NCBI RefSeq assembly: GCF_034521915.1
Contig: NZ_JAXHLU010000009.1
Coordinates: forward strand, 20,896-84,895
Reading direction: 5' to 3'
Source of the DNA: Fodinibius sp.
Lineage (GTDB): Bacteria; Bacteroidota; Rhodothermia; Balneolales; Balneolaceae
Length of the DNA stretch: 64,000 bases
The notes below the pieces were generated by a model, which worked only from the letters and a program-made list of their open reading frames with translations, was not told the DNA's origin and ran no database searches. Below, piece after piece: positions 1-9,024 of this stretch. The first letter of the stretch is position 1; every line of letters begins with the position of its first letter. The position numbers and the translations under genes are program-made.

Positions 1-1498
1 GATTTACGGTGTGAATACGATCGCTGCGCTCGGCAAACAGTCGGTGTAATTCGTTCAGTCGTTTCTCACGCTTCTGGGCAACCTCCTGCTTAGCTTCTTC
101 AATTTTCTCTTCTTTGTATTCCTCGCTCCACTCTTCATTATTTTTAATTTCCTCAATTTTCTCTTCTCGAAGCTCATCCATCTCTTCATCGAGGTCAGTA
201 GTCTCAGTTCCAAGATCCGGAATCACAAAAAATTCTTCTTCTTCATCAGCTTTTGTAATAAAATCCTGCCCCTTCTCAGTCATCTCGATGTTGTTCATCT
301 TCATATCTACCGAGTAGTAGAGAACTTCATCAACTTCCGGCAGACGACGGGCGTTATCCTGCAGGTAAAAAGCCTCTGTTTCCTGAACCAGCTTCTGGTT
401 TTCAGGAATCTGCATCATCTTGCGAAACTTCTTATTCTTCGGAAATCCACGCTGGGCACGATACAGCGCAAGTCCGGCTTCTTCTCTATTTCCTTCTTCG
501 AGATGTTCTTGACCTTCCTTAACAAGGTTAGCCACCAGCTTTTTCTGGGCACTAACCAGAGACTCAACCCGTGGCTTAAGCTCTTCATACTTTTCGGACT
601 GCGTATCTTCGGGCACGGGACCAGAAATAATCAGTGGCGTGCGAGCTTCATCAATGAGAATAGAATCAATCTCATCAATAATAGCAAAGTTGTGATCGCG
701 CTGTACCAGTTGTTCAGAGTTGACTACCATATTGTCACGGAGATAATCAAAACCAAACTCGTTGTTGGTTCCATAAGTGATATCAGCCTGGTACGCTTTT
801 CGCCGCGGTTCGGAGTTGGGATCATACAGATCGACACAATCTACCTCGAGGCCATGAAAGTTGAACAACGGCTCATTCCATTCGGCATCACGCTTAGCCA
901 AGTAATTATTAACTGTAACAATATGCACACCCCGTCCGCTTAGGGCATTCAGATAAGCCGGCATAATGGCGGCCAACGTTTTACCTTCACCCGTCTTCAT
1001 TTCAGCAATTTTACCTTGATGCATCGCAATAGCACCGGCAATCTGAACATCGTACGGTACCATCTCCCATTCGTTCATATTACCGCCAACCATCCATTTT
1101 TCGCCCAAAAACCGCCGGCAAGTATCCTTCATCACGGCGAATGCTTCCGGCAAAATATCATCCAATACATCTTCAATAGTATCAGTTCGCTCCTGCTTGA
1201 GTTCATCTAACTCTTCAGCAAGTTCGCGCCGGCGATTTACTGACAAAGGCTCATCACTGTTGAGCGTATCTTTTAAAGACTCTATTTCTTCATCAATTTC
1301 TTTGGTAGCATCGCTTATTTTCTGACGGAACTTTTCTGTCTTTTGCTTTAGTTCATCATCAGAAAGCTGGTCCATGCCCTCGTAGTGTTCATTTACTTCT
1401 TCAACGATAGGCCAGATCCTTTTGAGGTCGCGATCGCTTTTGGTACCAAAAATGGAGGTTAAAACATCTCCAACCGTTTCGGCTAATGTATCGAACAT
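1..1498 (-). CDS. secA: Preprotein translocase ATPase SecA, N-terminal part (runs off window start)
   Basis: Manual translation from ATG at 1498: [29 protein letters not shown]..., with [59 protein letters not shown] and [22 protein letters not shown], all SecA motifs. Absent from the ORF track because it is truncated. Confidence 0.97.
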   Translation of the reverse strand, partial: MFDTLAETVGDVLTSIFGTKSDRDLKRIWPIVEEVNEHYEGMDQLSDDELKQKTEKFRQKISDATKEIDEEIESLKDTLNSDEPLSVNRRRELAEELDELKQERTDTIEDVLDDILPEAFAVMKDTCRRFLGEKWMVGGNMNEWEMVPYDVQIAGAIAMHQGKIAEMKTGEGKTLAAIMPAYLNALSGRGVHIVTVNNYLAKRDAEWNEPLFNFHGLEVDCVDLYDPNSEPRRKAYQADITYGTNNEFGFDYLRDNMVVNSEQLVQRDHNFAIIDEIDSILIDEARTPLIISGPVPEDTQSEKYEELKPRVESLVSAQKKLVANLVKEGQEHLEEGNREEAGLALYRAQRGFPKNKKFRKMMQIPENQKLVQETEAFYLQDNARRLPEVDEVLYYSVDMKMNNIEMTEKGQDFITKADEEEEFFVIPDLGTETTDLDEEMDELREEKIEEIKNNEEWSEEYKEEKIEEAKQEVAQKREKRLNELHRLFAERSDRIHTVN

Positions 1499-1720
1499 AA
1501 AATATTACGGGTCTCGTGCAATTTTTGTGATTTGTGAAAGTTACAGTTTACACAGTGCCTGTTCAAATTATTTAACGGCAGATCAGGTATTTTTGCAAAT
1601 CATCTTTTCAATACCTGCGCACCTTAATGTAACCGATAATTTAGGGTTCTTATTGTCTAATTTTATTTTTATTTTAGGAGACTCTCTAAGAATTGAATTT
1701 TCATAAACCGATTTTTAACA

Positions 1721-1876
1721 ATGAAACGTACTTACCAACCAAGCAGCAAGAAGCGTAAATCCAAGCATGGTTTCCGTAAGCGCAACAGCAGCAAGAACGG
1801 AAGAAAGGTATTGAAGAACCGTCGCAAAAAAGGACGTCACGGTTTAACCATTAGTGATGAACAAGGACCGAAGTAA
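1721..1876 (+). CDS. rpmH: 50S ribosomal protein L34 (bL34)
   Basis: 51 aa [51 protein letters not shown]; located immediately before rnpA. Confidence 0.97.
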   Translation: MKRTYQPSSKKRKSKHGFRKRNSSKNGRKVLKNRRKKGRHGLTISDEQGPK

Positions 1877-2291
1877 CAATATTTATGGCTCTGGTGAAGA
1901 CGCAAGTTTGCCCAGAGCCAGAATATTAAGGGGCCGGAAGAACTTTCAGCGTCTGTTTGAACAAGATGCAAAAACCATCCGCAATACTGTTGTTGACTTG
2001 CGGTTTAAAATTTTCGAATCAGACTCTCCCGGCTACCTTATGGGATTTGTCGTCAAAAAAAGCTTGGGAAAAGCAAATAAGCGAAATCATATGAAGCGGC
2101 TCCTCAAAGAAGCATATCGGCGTCATCAGAATATCTTATCTGAATCCATTGAAAATGCCGGCAAAATGTTTCATGGGGCGCTGATGGCAAAGACGACAGA
2201 TGCCAGTTACACTGATGTTGAACAAAATGTTATTGCTTTGCTTCGCAAAGTTCGAGACCAACTCTCTACGACTTCTCCCGGCCATTCATGA
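1854..2291 (+). CDS. rnpA: Ribonuclease P protein component
   Basis: [39 protein letters not shown] (RNR-type motif); rpmH-rnpA-yidD-yidC synteny. Start uncertain; overlaps the end of rpmH. Confidence 0.92.
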   Translation: MMNKDRSNNIYGSGEDASLPRARILRGRKNFQRLFEQDAKTIRNTVVDLRFKIFESDSPGYLMGFVVKKSLGKANKRNHMKRLLKEAYRRHQNILSESIENAGKMFHGALMAKTTDASYTDVEQNVIALLRKVRDQLSTTSPGHS

Positions 2292-2512
2292 AGTATCTCT
2301 TTATAGGACTTGTCCGCTTATATCAATTGGTCATTTCTCCGTGGATGCCCAACAGTTGTCGGTACCATCCGACCTGTAGCCATTATAGTATCGAAGCTTT
2401 TCAAAAACATGGTGCCCTTAAAGGATTGTGGCTGACAATAAAACGGGTTGGCAGCTGTCATCCCTGGAGCAAAGGAGGTCATGACCCTGTGCCGGAGCAA
2501 AAAAATAATTAA
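2288..2512 (+). CDS. yidD: Membrane protein insertion efficiency factor YidD
   Basis: [58 protein letters not shown] is typical YidD. Confidence 0.95.
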   Translation: MKYLFIGLVRLYQLVISPWMPNSCRYHPTCSHYSIEAFQKHGALKGLWLTIKRVGSCHPWSKGGHDPVPEQKNN

Positions 2513-2534
2513 TAATATAGACTGAGGATTTCTT

Positions 2535-4358
2535 TTGGATCGTAACACCGTAACCGGATTTATATTAATATTTTTAGTAATGGTTGCATGGACCTACTAT
2601 TCCATGCCATCGGAACAGGAGCGACAGCAGCGACAGGCCGAGCAGGCTCGTCAGGATAGTATAGCTGCTGCCCAGGCCGATAGCCAGCAACAAAAACAGG
2701 AGCAGGCACAAGACCTTACCCAACAACAGCAGGAGCCTGAACAGGATGAGGAGCAAACCAATGCCCGCCTGACCCAAGATCAGGAAAAAGTATCTGAAAT
2801 GGGAATGTTTTCTGAAGCCAGTATTGATGATTCCACAAAAATAGTAGTGGACTCTCCTCTGTTTAACGCCACTTTCACCAATGTTGGAGCGGGCCCTTCC
2901 AAGATCATATTTAAAGACTACGAAACATGGGATCATAAACCGGTTCAGATGATCAAAGATACTACTGAATCGGCATACTCATTAGGGTTCCTCACCAGTG
3001 AAAATTATAATGTGGAAACCGACGAGTTGGTTTTTAAGCAGGTTACACCCGGCGATACGGTTTCCATCGGAAAAAATGATACTACCGAAGTTAAATACGC
3101 GCTAAATATCAGCGATGATAAACGTCTGGTTTACACCTATACTCTGTTCGGGAATTCCCATCAGATCAAACTAGATGTTGAATTTGAAGGACTTGAGCGT
3201 CAGATCATTGGCGGTACTGTTGATATCGGATGGAAGTCGCCGCTGAACTTCACTGAAAAAAATCCGGCAACCACCGAAGCTACCTATGCATCGGCATATG
3301 TATATACCGGTGGAGAGATGGAGCAGCTTAAGCTAAGCGAAGCCGGTCGCAATACTCAAGATTACAACGGGACGATCGACTGGGTGGCCACCCGAACCAA
3401 GTTTTTTGCCCAGATAATAAAAACGGATAATCCCACTCAGAGTGCGCTGCTAGTTGGGGAGCAAAGCGGTGAAACCGACCTCTCCACAACCGAACATCGT
3501 TATCGATCATATATAACAACTGATCTTTCGCAACAGAATGCCGCCTCTTTCCATATGTATGTGGGTCCGTTAGACTATTACGCCCTGCAGGATTATGATG
3601 GAACCACATACGGCATGGTAGATACCGGTTATAGCTGGATAAGCTGGATTTCAGATCCGATTGTTGAGTATCTCGTTATTCCATATTTCGGCTTTGTTGA
3701 TGGATATATGAGTTACGGATGGGCTATCATCCTATTTGCAATATTAATTAAAATGGTGCTATATCCGCTCACCAAGAAAAGTTACCGTAGTATGGCGGCT
3801 ATGAAAGAGCTGCAGCCCAAGATGCAGGAGATCAAGGAGAAGTATGATGATGACCCTGAGAAGCAGCAGAAGGCTACCATGAAACTGTACAAAGAGGAGG
3901 GTGTAAATCCGCTGGGCGGTTGTTTACCCAACCTGTTACAGTTACCTATTTTGATTACGCTCTGGCGCTTCTTCCAGAATTCTATCATGATTCGTCAACA
4001 GGAATTCCTATGGGCAGCTGATCTTTCTGCACCAGATTATATACTCAGCCTTCCCTTTAGCGTACCCTTTTTGGGCGACCAAGTAGCAGGCTTTGTACTA
4101 TTGATGACGGCTGCGATGTTTGCACAAAGTAAACTAACGGGTGGCATGGGCCCCGGCGGTGGCGGTGGCGGTGGCGGACCTGGCGGCGTAAATATGAAAG
4201 CACTACAATACGTCTTTCCATTTATGCTACTGTTCATTTTCAACAACTTTGCAGCGGGACTCAGTCTTTATTACCTAATTTACAACGTCATGAATATTGC
4301 CCAGCAGTTGATTATTTACCGCCAGATGGACAAGGAAAAAGAGGCGGAAGCAGCGTAA
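2535..4358 (+). CDS. yidC: Membrane protein insertase YidC
   Basis: TTG start; N-terminal TM, periplasmic domain, YGWAIILFAILIKMVLYPL, MKELQPKMQEIKEKY, NPLGGCLP, FAAGLSLYY. Confidence 0.96.
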   Translation: MDRNTVTGFILIFLVMVAWTYYSMPSEQERQQRQAEQARQDSIAAAQADSQQQKQEQAQDLTQQQQEPEQDEEQTNARLTQDQEKVSEMGMFSEASIDDSTKIVVDSPLFNATFTNVGAGPSKIIFKDYETWDHKPVQMIKDTTESAYSLGFLTSENYNVETDELVFKQVTPGDTVSIGKNDTTEVKYALNISDDKRLVYTYTLFGNSHQIKLDVEFEGLERQIIGGTVDIGWKSPLNFTEKNPATTEATYASAYVYTGGEMEQLKLSEAGRNTQDYNGTIDWVATRTKFFAQIIKTDNPTQSALLVGEQSGETDLSTTEHRYRSYITTDLSQQNAASFHMYVGPLDYYALQDYDGTTYGMVDTGYSWISWISDPIVEYLVIPYFGFVDGYMSYGWAIILFAILIKMVLYPLTKKSYRSMAAMKELQPKMQEIKEKYDDDPEKQQKATMKLYKEEGVNPLGGCLPNLLQLPILITLWRFFQNSIMIRQQEFLWAADLSAPDYILSLPFSVPFLGDQVAGFVLLMTAAMFAQSKLTGGMGPGGGGGGGGPGGVNMKALQYVFPFMLLFIFNNFAAGLSLYYLIYNVMNIAQQLIIYRQMDKEKEAEAA

Positions 4359-4384
4359 TAAGAACAACAAAAAAATTGCTATAG

Positions 4385-4412
4385 AAAGGCTCCGAATTTC
4401 GGAGCCTTTTTT
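4385..4412 (+). terminator. Intrinsic terminator after yidC
   Basis: Stem aaaggctccga / tcggagccttt with a 3-nt loop, followed by a T-run. Confidence 0.85.
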
Positions 4413-4448
4413 ATTTTTAGTTCATCTCATTCGTAGAACTATAATTGA

Positions 4449-4660
4449 TCATCTTTTCGAAAACAGAAGATCTATTTTAATTGACCCTCCACCATGAAAT
4501 ATAGATCTCTCGTTCCGCTTTGGCTACATTCGAAATGACAAGTTGGGGAAATTACGTTTGTTCATCTCATCTTGACCGTAAGGGAGAGATCTATGTTTTA
4601 ATGTATTTAAGAAAGGTGAACAAAGATTTCTCTGTTAACTATGTTGCGTTCGAAATAACA
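4449..4660. repeat. Two tandem REP-like doublets (TCAT..AGATCT / AGAT..GAAATGACA type)
   Basis: Left arms 4449-4473 tcatcttttcgaaaacagaagatct and 4567-4592 tcatcttgaccgtaagggagagatct; right arms 4503-4540 agatctctc...ttcgaaatgaca and 4624-4660 agatttctc...ttcgaaataaca. Confidence 0.6.
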
Positions 4661-4716
4661 CGTTCTTCAACTTATGAACGATATCACTTGAAACTTGGCC
4701 CTTCATGAATCATCCC

Positions 4717-4724
4717 TATATTTG
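4717..4724 (+). promoter_or_regulatory. Possible Bacteroidota-type -7 promoter element (TAnnTTTG)
   Basis: TATATTTG 5 nt upstream of ATG 4730; motif match only. Confidence 0.3.
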
Positions 4725-4729
4725 GCCTT

Positions 4730-5653
4730 ATGCCAAGCATAGCAAAACATATTTATCCGCAGATGGTGTGGCGCGACCGGGAGAAAAAGCTGTGGAATTC
4801 CATCCATAAAAAAGCGCTCAAGAACCTGCCCGAGGAACGGGTACGGCTCCGCGTTATGGAAGCATTGATTCAAAGGGGTTGGTCAAAACATCGCATATCA
4901 ACCGAGGAAGCCATTGGCAAGCTGGGCGATACCTCTATGCGGACCGATCTGATCTGCTACTCTCAACAGTTTGATCCCAAGCTGTTAGTTGAATGCAAGG
5001 CAGAATATATATCCATATCTGCGAAAACCGCTGAGCAGGTAGCGCGATATAATCAAAAGGTGGGCGCCCCCTATTTGTTGATGACCAACGGCATTTCAGA
5101 TTTCTGGTACGCCATAGATGAGAATTCAGGTAAAGTGAATGAACTGCAAAACCAGCCAGAACTTTTGAATAAAGAACAACAGCAACTGGAGTACGACTTT
5201 GATGACTGGAAACAGCGGGGTTTCGCCGGCGAAAAAGCATCACCGGAACTTCGGTTATGGCTTAAAGAAACATTACCTGATCTTTGGCTGTCGAGCAGTG
5301 ATGCAAAAGTCCAATTTCTGACATTCAGCAATAGTCCTTCTGATATTGACCTCAATCATTATTATCGAATCGTACAAACATCAGAAACACGGCGTCTGGC
5401 TTTAACGACGTTGAATACGGCCTTTGGAGGCAATCGCTTTGTGATTATTCTCAATAAAGAAAATGAAAACAAGGCCGTACTGGAAATAAACCTGGATGTA
5501 CTTTTCGCCGAAAAAAATGGGAATAGTTCGGTGTATTCTCGTCAGGGCATTAAAACCTTTGATCTTAGCAATTATATAGACCTGAAATCGATAACCAAAG
5601 TTGATAATATTGTAAAAGAATTTGATAAATTATTTATAGAGTATGTCGATTAA
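4730..5653 (+). CDS. Stand-alone type I restriction HsdR N-terminal-like (PD-(D/E)xK fold) protein
   Basis: PEERVRLRVMEAL..GWSKHRISTEE, RTDLICY, LLVECKA, EQVARYNQKVGAPYLLMTNG resemble the HSDR_N_2 family; extra C-terminal half of unknown function. Confidence 0.7.
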   Translation: MPSIAKHIYPQMVWRDREKKLWNSIHKKALKNLPEERVRLRVMEALIQRGWSKHRISTEEAIGKLGDTSMRTDLICYSQQFDPKLLVECKAEYISISAKTAEQVARYNQKVGAPYLLMTNGISDFWYAIDENSGKVNELQNQPELLNKEQQQLEYDFDDWKQRGFAGEKASPELRLWLKETLPDLWLSSSDAKVQFLTFSNSPSDIDLNHYYRIVQTSETRRLALTTLNTAFGGNRFVIILNKENENKAVLEINLDVLFAEKNGNSSVYSRQGIKTFDLSNYIDLKSITKVDNIVKEFDKLFIEYVD

Positions 5654-5731
5654 CTCAGGCTTTAATTAGTTTGTTGGATACGAATTTTACTGTAACTTCC
5701 ATCTCTCATTTTCATTAAAAAATATTGTTTT

Positions 5732-7066
5732 ATGCATCATTTACACCGGGAAAAATTGTTCTCACTGCTTGATGACGAGGAATCTGCCATTGTATATATG
5801 AAAGGCGCTGAATTGATGTACCGCCATGATACGGACTATGAATTTCCTTTTCGTCAAGAGTCGAATTTCTGGTACCTAACCGGTGTAAATGAGCCGGATT
5901 TTCATCTCATCCTTGATCTTAAAAATCAGGACTATCACCTGTTTACTCCAAACCGTGACGCCCAGTATGCAGTTTGGCACGGACGCGTAAAATCGAAGGA
6001 TCAGCTTCAGGATGAGTATCAGCCCGATCATCTTCATTACGAGGGGAAGCTGCCTCAGGTCCTTAAAGAATTAGCTCCCAAAAAAATCTACTGTCTGGAA
6101 GAAGAACAAGCCGAATTCATAGAAAAGTTTGAGCGAGACCTGCCCATCGACCTCGATACGCTTGAAGATGCCTTGACCCACTGCCGGGTATTTAAAACAG
6201 ACTGGGAGCTCGACCAGATGCGGGAAGCGGCTCGCGTAAACAACATCGCCCATAAGGCGGTTCTGGAAGCATTGGAACCCAGCAAGTATGAGCACGAAAT
6301 GAAGGCAGTGTTTGATTACCACCAGATTAAAAACGGTTTGATGCAGGACGCCTACAATGGCATTTTTGCAGCGGGAGAAAACAGCGCCATTCTTCACTAT
6401 GTTGAAAATAACCGCGAGATAAAAGATGGCGACCTGTTTTTGATCGATGCCGGTTATGAGTGCAATGGCTATGCCTCGGATTTTACGCGCACCTACCCCG
6501 CAAACGGAGCGTTTACGGATTCTCAGGCCGAAATTTATGAGACAGTCTTGGAAGCTCAAAAACAGGTTATTGATGCCGCCGAACCCGATGTAAAAATGGA
6601 AGATCTGCATATTTTGGCGGCGCGCGTGATGATGCAAGGGCTTAAGGATGCAGATATCGTAAAAGGATCGGTCGATGATCTTATGGAAGAAGATATTTTT
6701 GCTCTCTTCTTTCCCCATGGGCTCGGCCATTTTCTTGGGTTGGACACCCATGATGTGGGCGGATATCCGAAAGGGGTAGAACGCATTGAACGCCCTGGCA
6801 TTAAGTATCTACGGATGCGACGTACGCTGCAGCAGAGTATGGTTCTAACCATAGAACCGGGTCTCTATTTTGTTCCTGCACTCTTAAAACCCGCCCTTGA
6901 AGATGATAAGGCTTCAAAGTTCCTGAATGCTTCGAAGCTAAACGATATGATGGATTTTGGCGGCGTTCGCATTGAGGATAATATTATCGTAACTGAAGAC
7001 GGTTGCGAAAATCTGACGACCGTTCCAAAAGAGCGTGATGAAATAGAAAAGGTTATGGCTGGATAA
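5732..7066 (+). CDS. Xaa-Pro dipeptidase / aminopeptidase P family (M24B)
   Basis: FRQESNFWYLTG, AILHY, LIDAG..YASDFTRT, PHGLGHFLGLDTHDVGG, LTIEPGLYF, GGVRIEDN. Confidence 0.93.
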   Translation: MHHLHREKLFSLLDDEESAIVYMKGAELMYRHDTDYEFPFRQESNFWYLTGVNEPDFHLILDLKNQDYHLFTPNRDAQYAVWHGRVKSKDQLQDEYQPDHLHYEGKLPQVLKELAPKKIYCLEEEQAEFIEKFERDLPIDLDTLEDALTHCRVFKTDWELDQMREAARVNNIAHKAVLEALEPSKYEHEMKAVFDYHQIKNGLMQDAYNGIFAAGENSAILHYVENNREIKDGDLFLIDAGYECNGYASDFTRTYPANGAFTDSQAEIYETVLEAQKQVIDAAEPDVKMEDLHILAARVMMQGLKDADIVKGSVDDLMEEDIFALFFPHGLGHFLGLDTHDVGGYPKGVERIERPGIKYLRMRRTLQQSMVLTIEPGLYFVPALLKPALEDDKASKFLNASKLNDMMDFGGVRIEDNIIVTEDGCENLTTVPKERDEIEKVMAG

Positions 7067-7074
7067 TTCGTTTA

Positions 7075-7104
7075 GATAGAGTCCACTTCGAAGTGGACTC
7101 TATC
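7075..7104. repeat. Perfect 30-bp palindrome (GATAG..CACTTCGAAGTG REP-like family)
   Basis: gatagagtccacttcgaagtggactctatc equals its own reverse complement. Confidence 0.85.
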
Positions 7105-7540
7105 CACACTCCATCCACAGGCTCAAAATAACAAACTTGAATTTCTGGGTTTTGCAAAGCTCTCATTGATGGAACTTACCTTGAAGTGATCTCCAACAAT
7201 TTTAACTAAACCCATAGATATGACTGTTCTATTCAGAAAAGAGAAGCAAGCCCTAAGTGCAGTTTCCAAGGAGTTTTCCTCTGTAATATGTACGGTATTT
7301 CTAGTAGTACTCTGGGGATTTGTATCACCGGCAGAAGCTCAAAATATGACGTTCGAGTCGGGATCAAATACGTCTTTTTCGCTAAAAATAAGTAGTATCA
7401 CACCGGCAGCAGGGGTTTCATTAGCTCTTTCCAGTAAAAGTGAAGTTCGGATACTTGGGTTCGTTACTACCTATTCAAATTTATCTGATCACGATAATCA
7501 ACTGTTTTTAGATTTTAGTTACCTCCGATATAAGCCGTGT

Positions 7541-8542
7541 TCAAGTGATTAATGCAACACAGCGGTGTTTTAGCGATTGTTGAATAGGATTAAGGTAATC
7601 AAATTTTCGAACTGGTCGAAAATTCAGGTATTGCTCGACGGTTTTAATGCGCTCTTGGGAGATCTTTCGCAGGTCTGTTCCCTTCGGGAAGAACCGCCTG
7701 AGTACCCAAATCCGGTTTTCTACGGTTCCTTTATCCTGGGAAGTATACGGGCGGGTAAAGTAGGTATCAGCTTCCAAGTTCTCGGCAATATCCTGATGTC
7801 GGGCAAAGGCTTTGTCATTATCAAACGTCAGGGTTTTGACAAAAGAGGATGGAATCTGGCCCAGGCGTCCGGTGATCTGATTAGCGATTTCCTCAGCCTT
7901 TCGGCTGGTAACTTTCTGAAGAGCCGTCAGCAGGGTGGCCCGATCAGTTAGCACCAACAACGCCGACTTATGGGCTTTGCCCATCATTAGATCCACTTCA
8001 ATGTCTCCCAGTCGGGAGCGCTCTTCTACAACTTCGGGTCGCTTGGTGATCGATACCCGGCCTTTAATTCGGCCTCTGCTGTCTTGTCGATTGCCGCGCC
8101 TGCGCTTATGGCGGCCATGTTTGAGGTGCTTGTAGAGTCCTTTGTCAGCCGGATCACCGGTTCGCTTGCCGGCCCAGATCCACTGGTAGAGGGTCTCATG
8201 GGAGACCCCGTCGATGCCCATCACACTCCATCGGCCGCTGATAAGTTCTGGGGAAAGTTTTTCTTCGATCAACCACTGGCGGGCCTGAGCTTTGAGGACG
8301 TCGGTAAAGCGTCGGTGTTTAGGCTTGTCGGCGTGGCGCTGGTCGGTCAACTGCTGGGCGGCTTTCGGACAATAGGCCTTGTCCTCCGAGTTGCTGTTGG
8401 TTACATTGCGGTTGAGCTCCCGACAGATCGTTGAGCGGTGTACGCCAATGGTTCGGGCAATCTCGCTTTGGTTATGACCTGCATCGAGCAGAGCTTTGAT
8501 TTGATAACGATTTTCTTCGCTGAGTTGGGTGTATTTTTGCAT
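7541..8542 (-). CDS. IS30-family transposase
   Basis: Likely ATG at 8542 (MQKYTQLSEENRYQI); HTH IARTIGVHRSTICRELNRN, SPELISGR, SHETLYQWI, GDIEVD, TLTFDN, RPYTSQDKGTVEN, LNFRPVRKFDYLNP. Confidence 0.93.
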   Translation of the reverse strand: MQKYTQLSEENRYQIKALLDAGHNQSEIARTIGVHRSTICRELNRNVTNSNSEDKAYCPKAAQQLTDQRHADKPKHRRFTDVLKAQARQWLIEEKLSPELISGRWSVMGIDGVSHETLYQWIWAGKRTGDPADKGLYKHLKHGRHKRRRGNRQDSRGRIKGRVSITKRPEVVEERSRLGDIEVDLMMGKAHKSALLVLTDRATLLTALQKVTSRKAEEIANQITGRLGQIPSSFVKTLTFDNDKAFARHQDIAENLEADTYFTRPYTSQDKGTVENRIWVLRRFFPKGTDLRKISQERIKTVEQYLNFRPVRKFDYLNPIQQSLKHRCVALIT

Positions 8543-8570
8543 GACAACATGAATATAACCCGCTTGGCTG

Positions 8571-8600
8571 AAGACCTCAGGGAAATTTCCCTGAGGTCTT
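8571..8600. repeat. Perfect 30-bp palindrome inside the IS30 leader
   Basis: aagacctcagggaaatttccctgaggtctt, between the IR at 8607-8632 and the transposase start. Confidence 0.85.
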
Positions 8601-8882
8601 TCTTCATGTTGCACTTATTACTTGAACTCAGATAATGATTGGATCGCAAATGAGTCTTTCAACGCCTACTGGGGTATTGATTTGAATATGCTATTGGAAG
8701 ACCCAAAGATTGGTCCCGGTGCACTTATCGGAACCAATTATTGGTTAAGTCCACGATTTGCAATTTTTGGGGAAGTTGGAGTGAACTTATTTGTGGAAAG
8801 CGATGGCGGGAATCCTACTTTGGGATTGCATAATTCAGGTGTGGGACTGAAGATTGCTTTTTAACCAATGGTTTGACATTCA

Positions 8883-9014
8883 GATAGAGCCCACTTCTGA
8901 TGTGGCTCCCAATCATTAATTTTAGCTGTACTAAACCCGCAGGGTTTATTTTGATGAAAAGAAAAATTGGAAAATAGATCAGTCGTATTATACTACGAAA
9001 ACCCTGTGGGTTTT
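8883..9014. repeat. REP-like cluster: degenerate GATAG palindrome plus aaaccc..gggttt pair
   Basis: gatagagcccacttctgatgtggctcccaatc (8883-8914); taaacccgcagggttta (~8932-8948); aaaaccctgtgggtttt (~8998-9014). Confidence 0.55.
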
Positions 9015-9024
9015 TGTAAGGCTA

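Larger units (their letters stand above)
7534..8632 (-). mobile_element. IS30-family insertion sequence
   Basis: Imperfect ~26-bp terminal IRs (gccgtgttcaagtgattaatgcaaca vs reverse complement tctgagttcaagtaataagtgcaaca); 3-bp direct repeat TAA at 7531-7533 and 8633-8635; IS30 transposase inside. Confidence 0.88.
7220..8864 (+). pseudogene. Small outer-membrane beta-barrel-like gene interrupted by IS30 (fragments 7220-7533 and 8636-8864)
   Basis: Removing the IS and one TAA copy joins the fragments in frame (…FLDFSYLRY-N-DWIANESFNAYWG…), giving 180 aa with a signal-peptide-like N-terminus (…VSPAEA/Q), alternating aromatic strands and C-terminal LKIAF. Confidence 0.75.

Noticed and set aside
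114-1210. Plus-strand ORFs 114-317, 503-943 and 1016-1210
   Set aside because: Antisense shadows of secA. The same applies to most short ORFs overlapping annotated genes on the opposite strand throughout the window.
1499-1720. Possible oriC next to rpmH
   Set aside because: No TTATCCACA-type DnaA box cluster visible and no dnaA in the window.
4141-4190. Gly-rich (ggcggt)n stretch in yidC
   Set aside because: In-frame low-complexity loop with varied codons; no sign of an insertion element or frameshifting.
4520-4708. 62-aa ORF after yidC
   Set aside because: TTG start and coincides with REP-like arms; likely non-coding.
4730-5653. Type I restriction-modification defence system
   Set aside because: No helicase motifs, methyltransferase or specificity gene nearby.
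7100-7118. DnaA-box-like ctatccaca / ccatccaca
   Set aside because: Mismatched, overlaps the end of a palindrome, and only two copies.
8543-8614. Longer IS30 transposase start at 8614
   Set aside because: The extension runs through the IR and the palindrome; homology-like sequence begins at MQKYTQL (8542).
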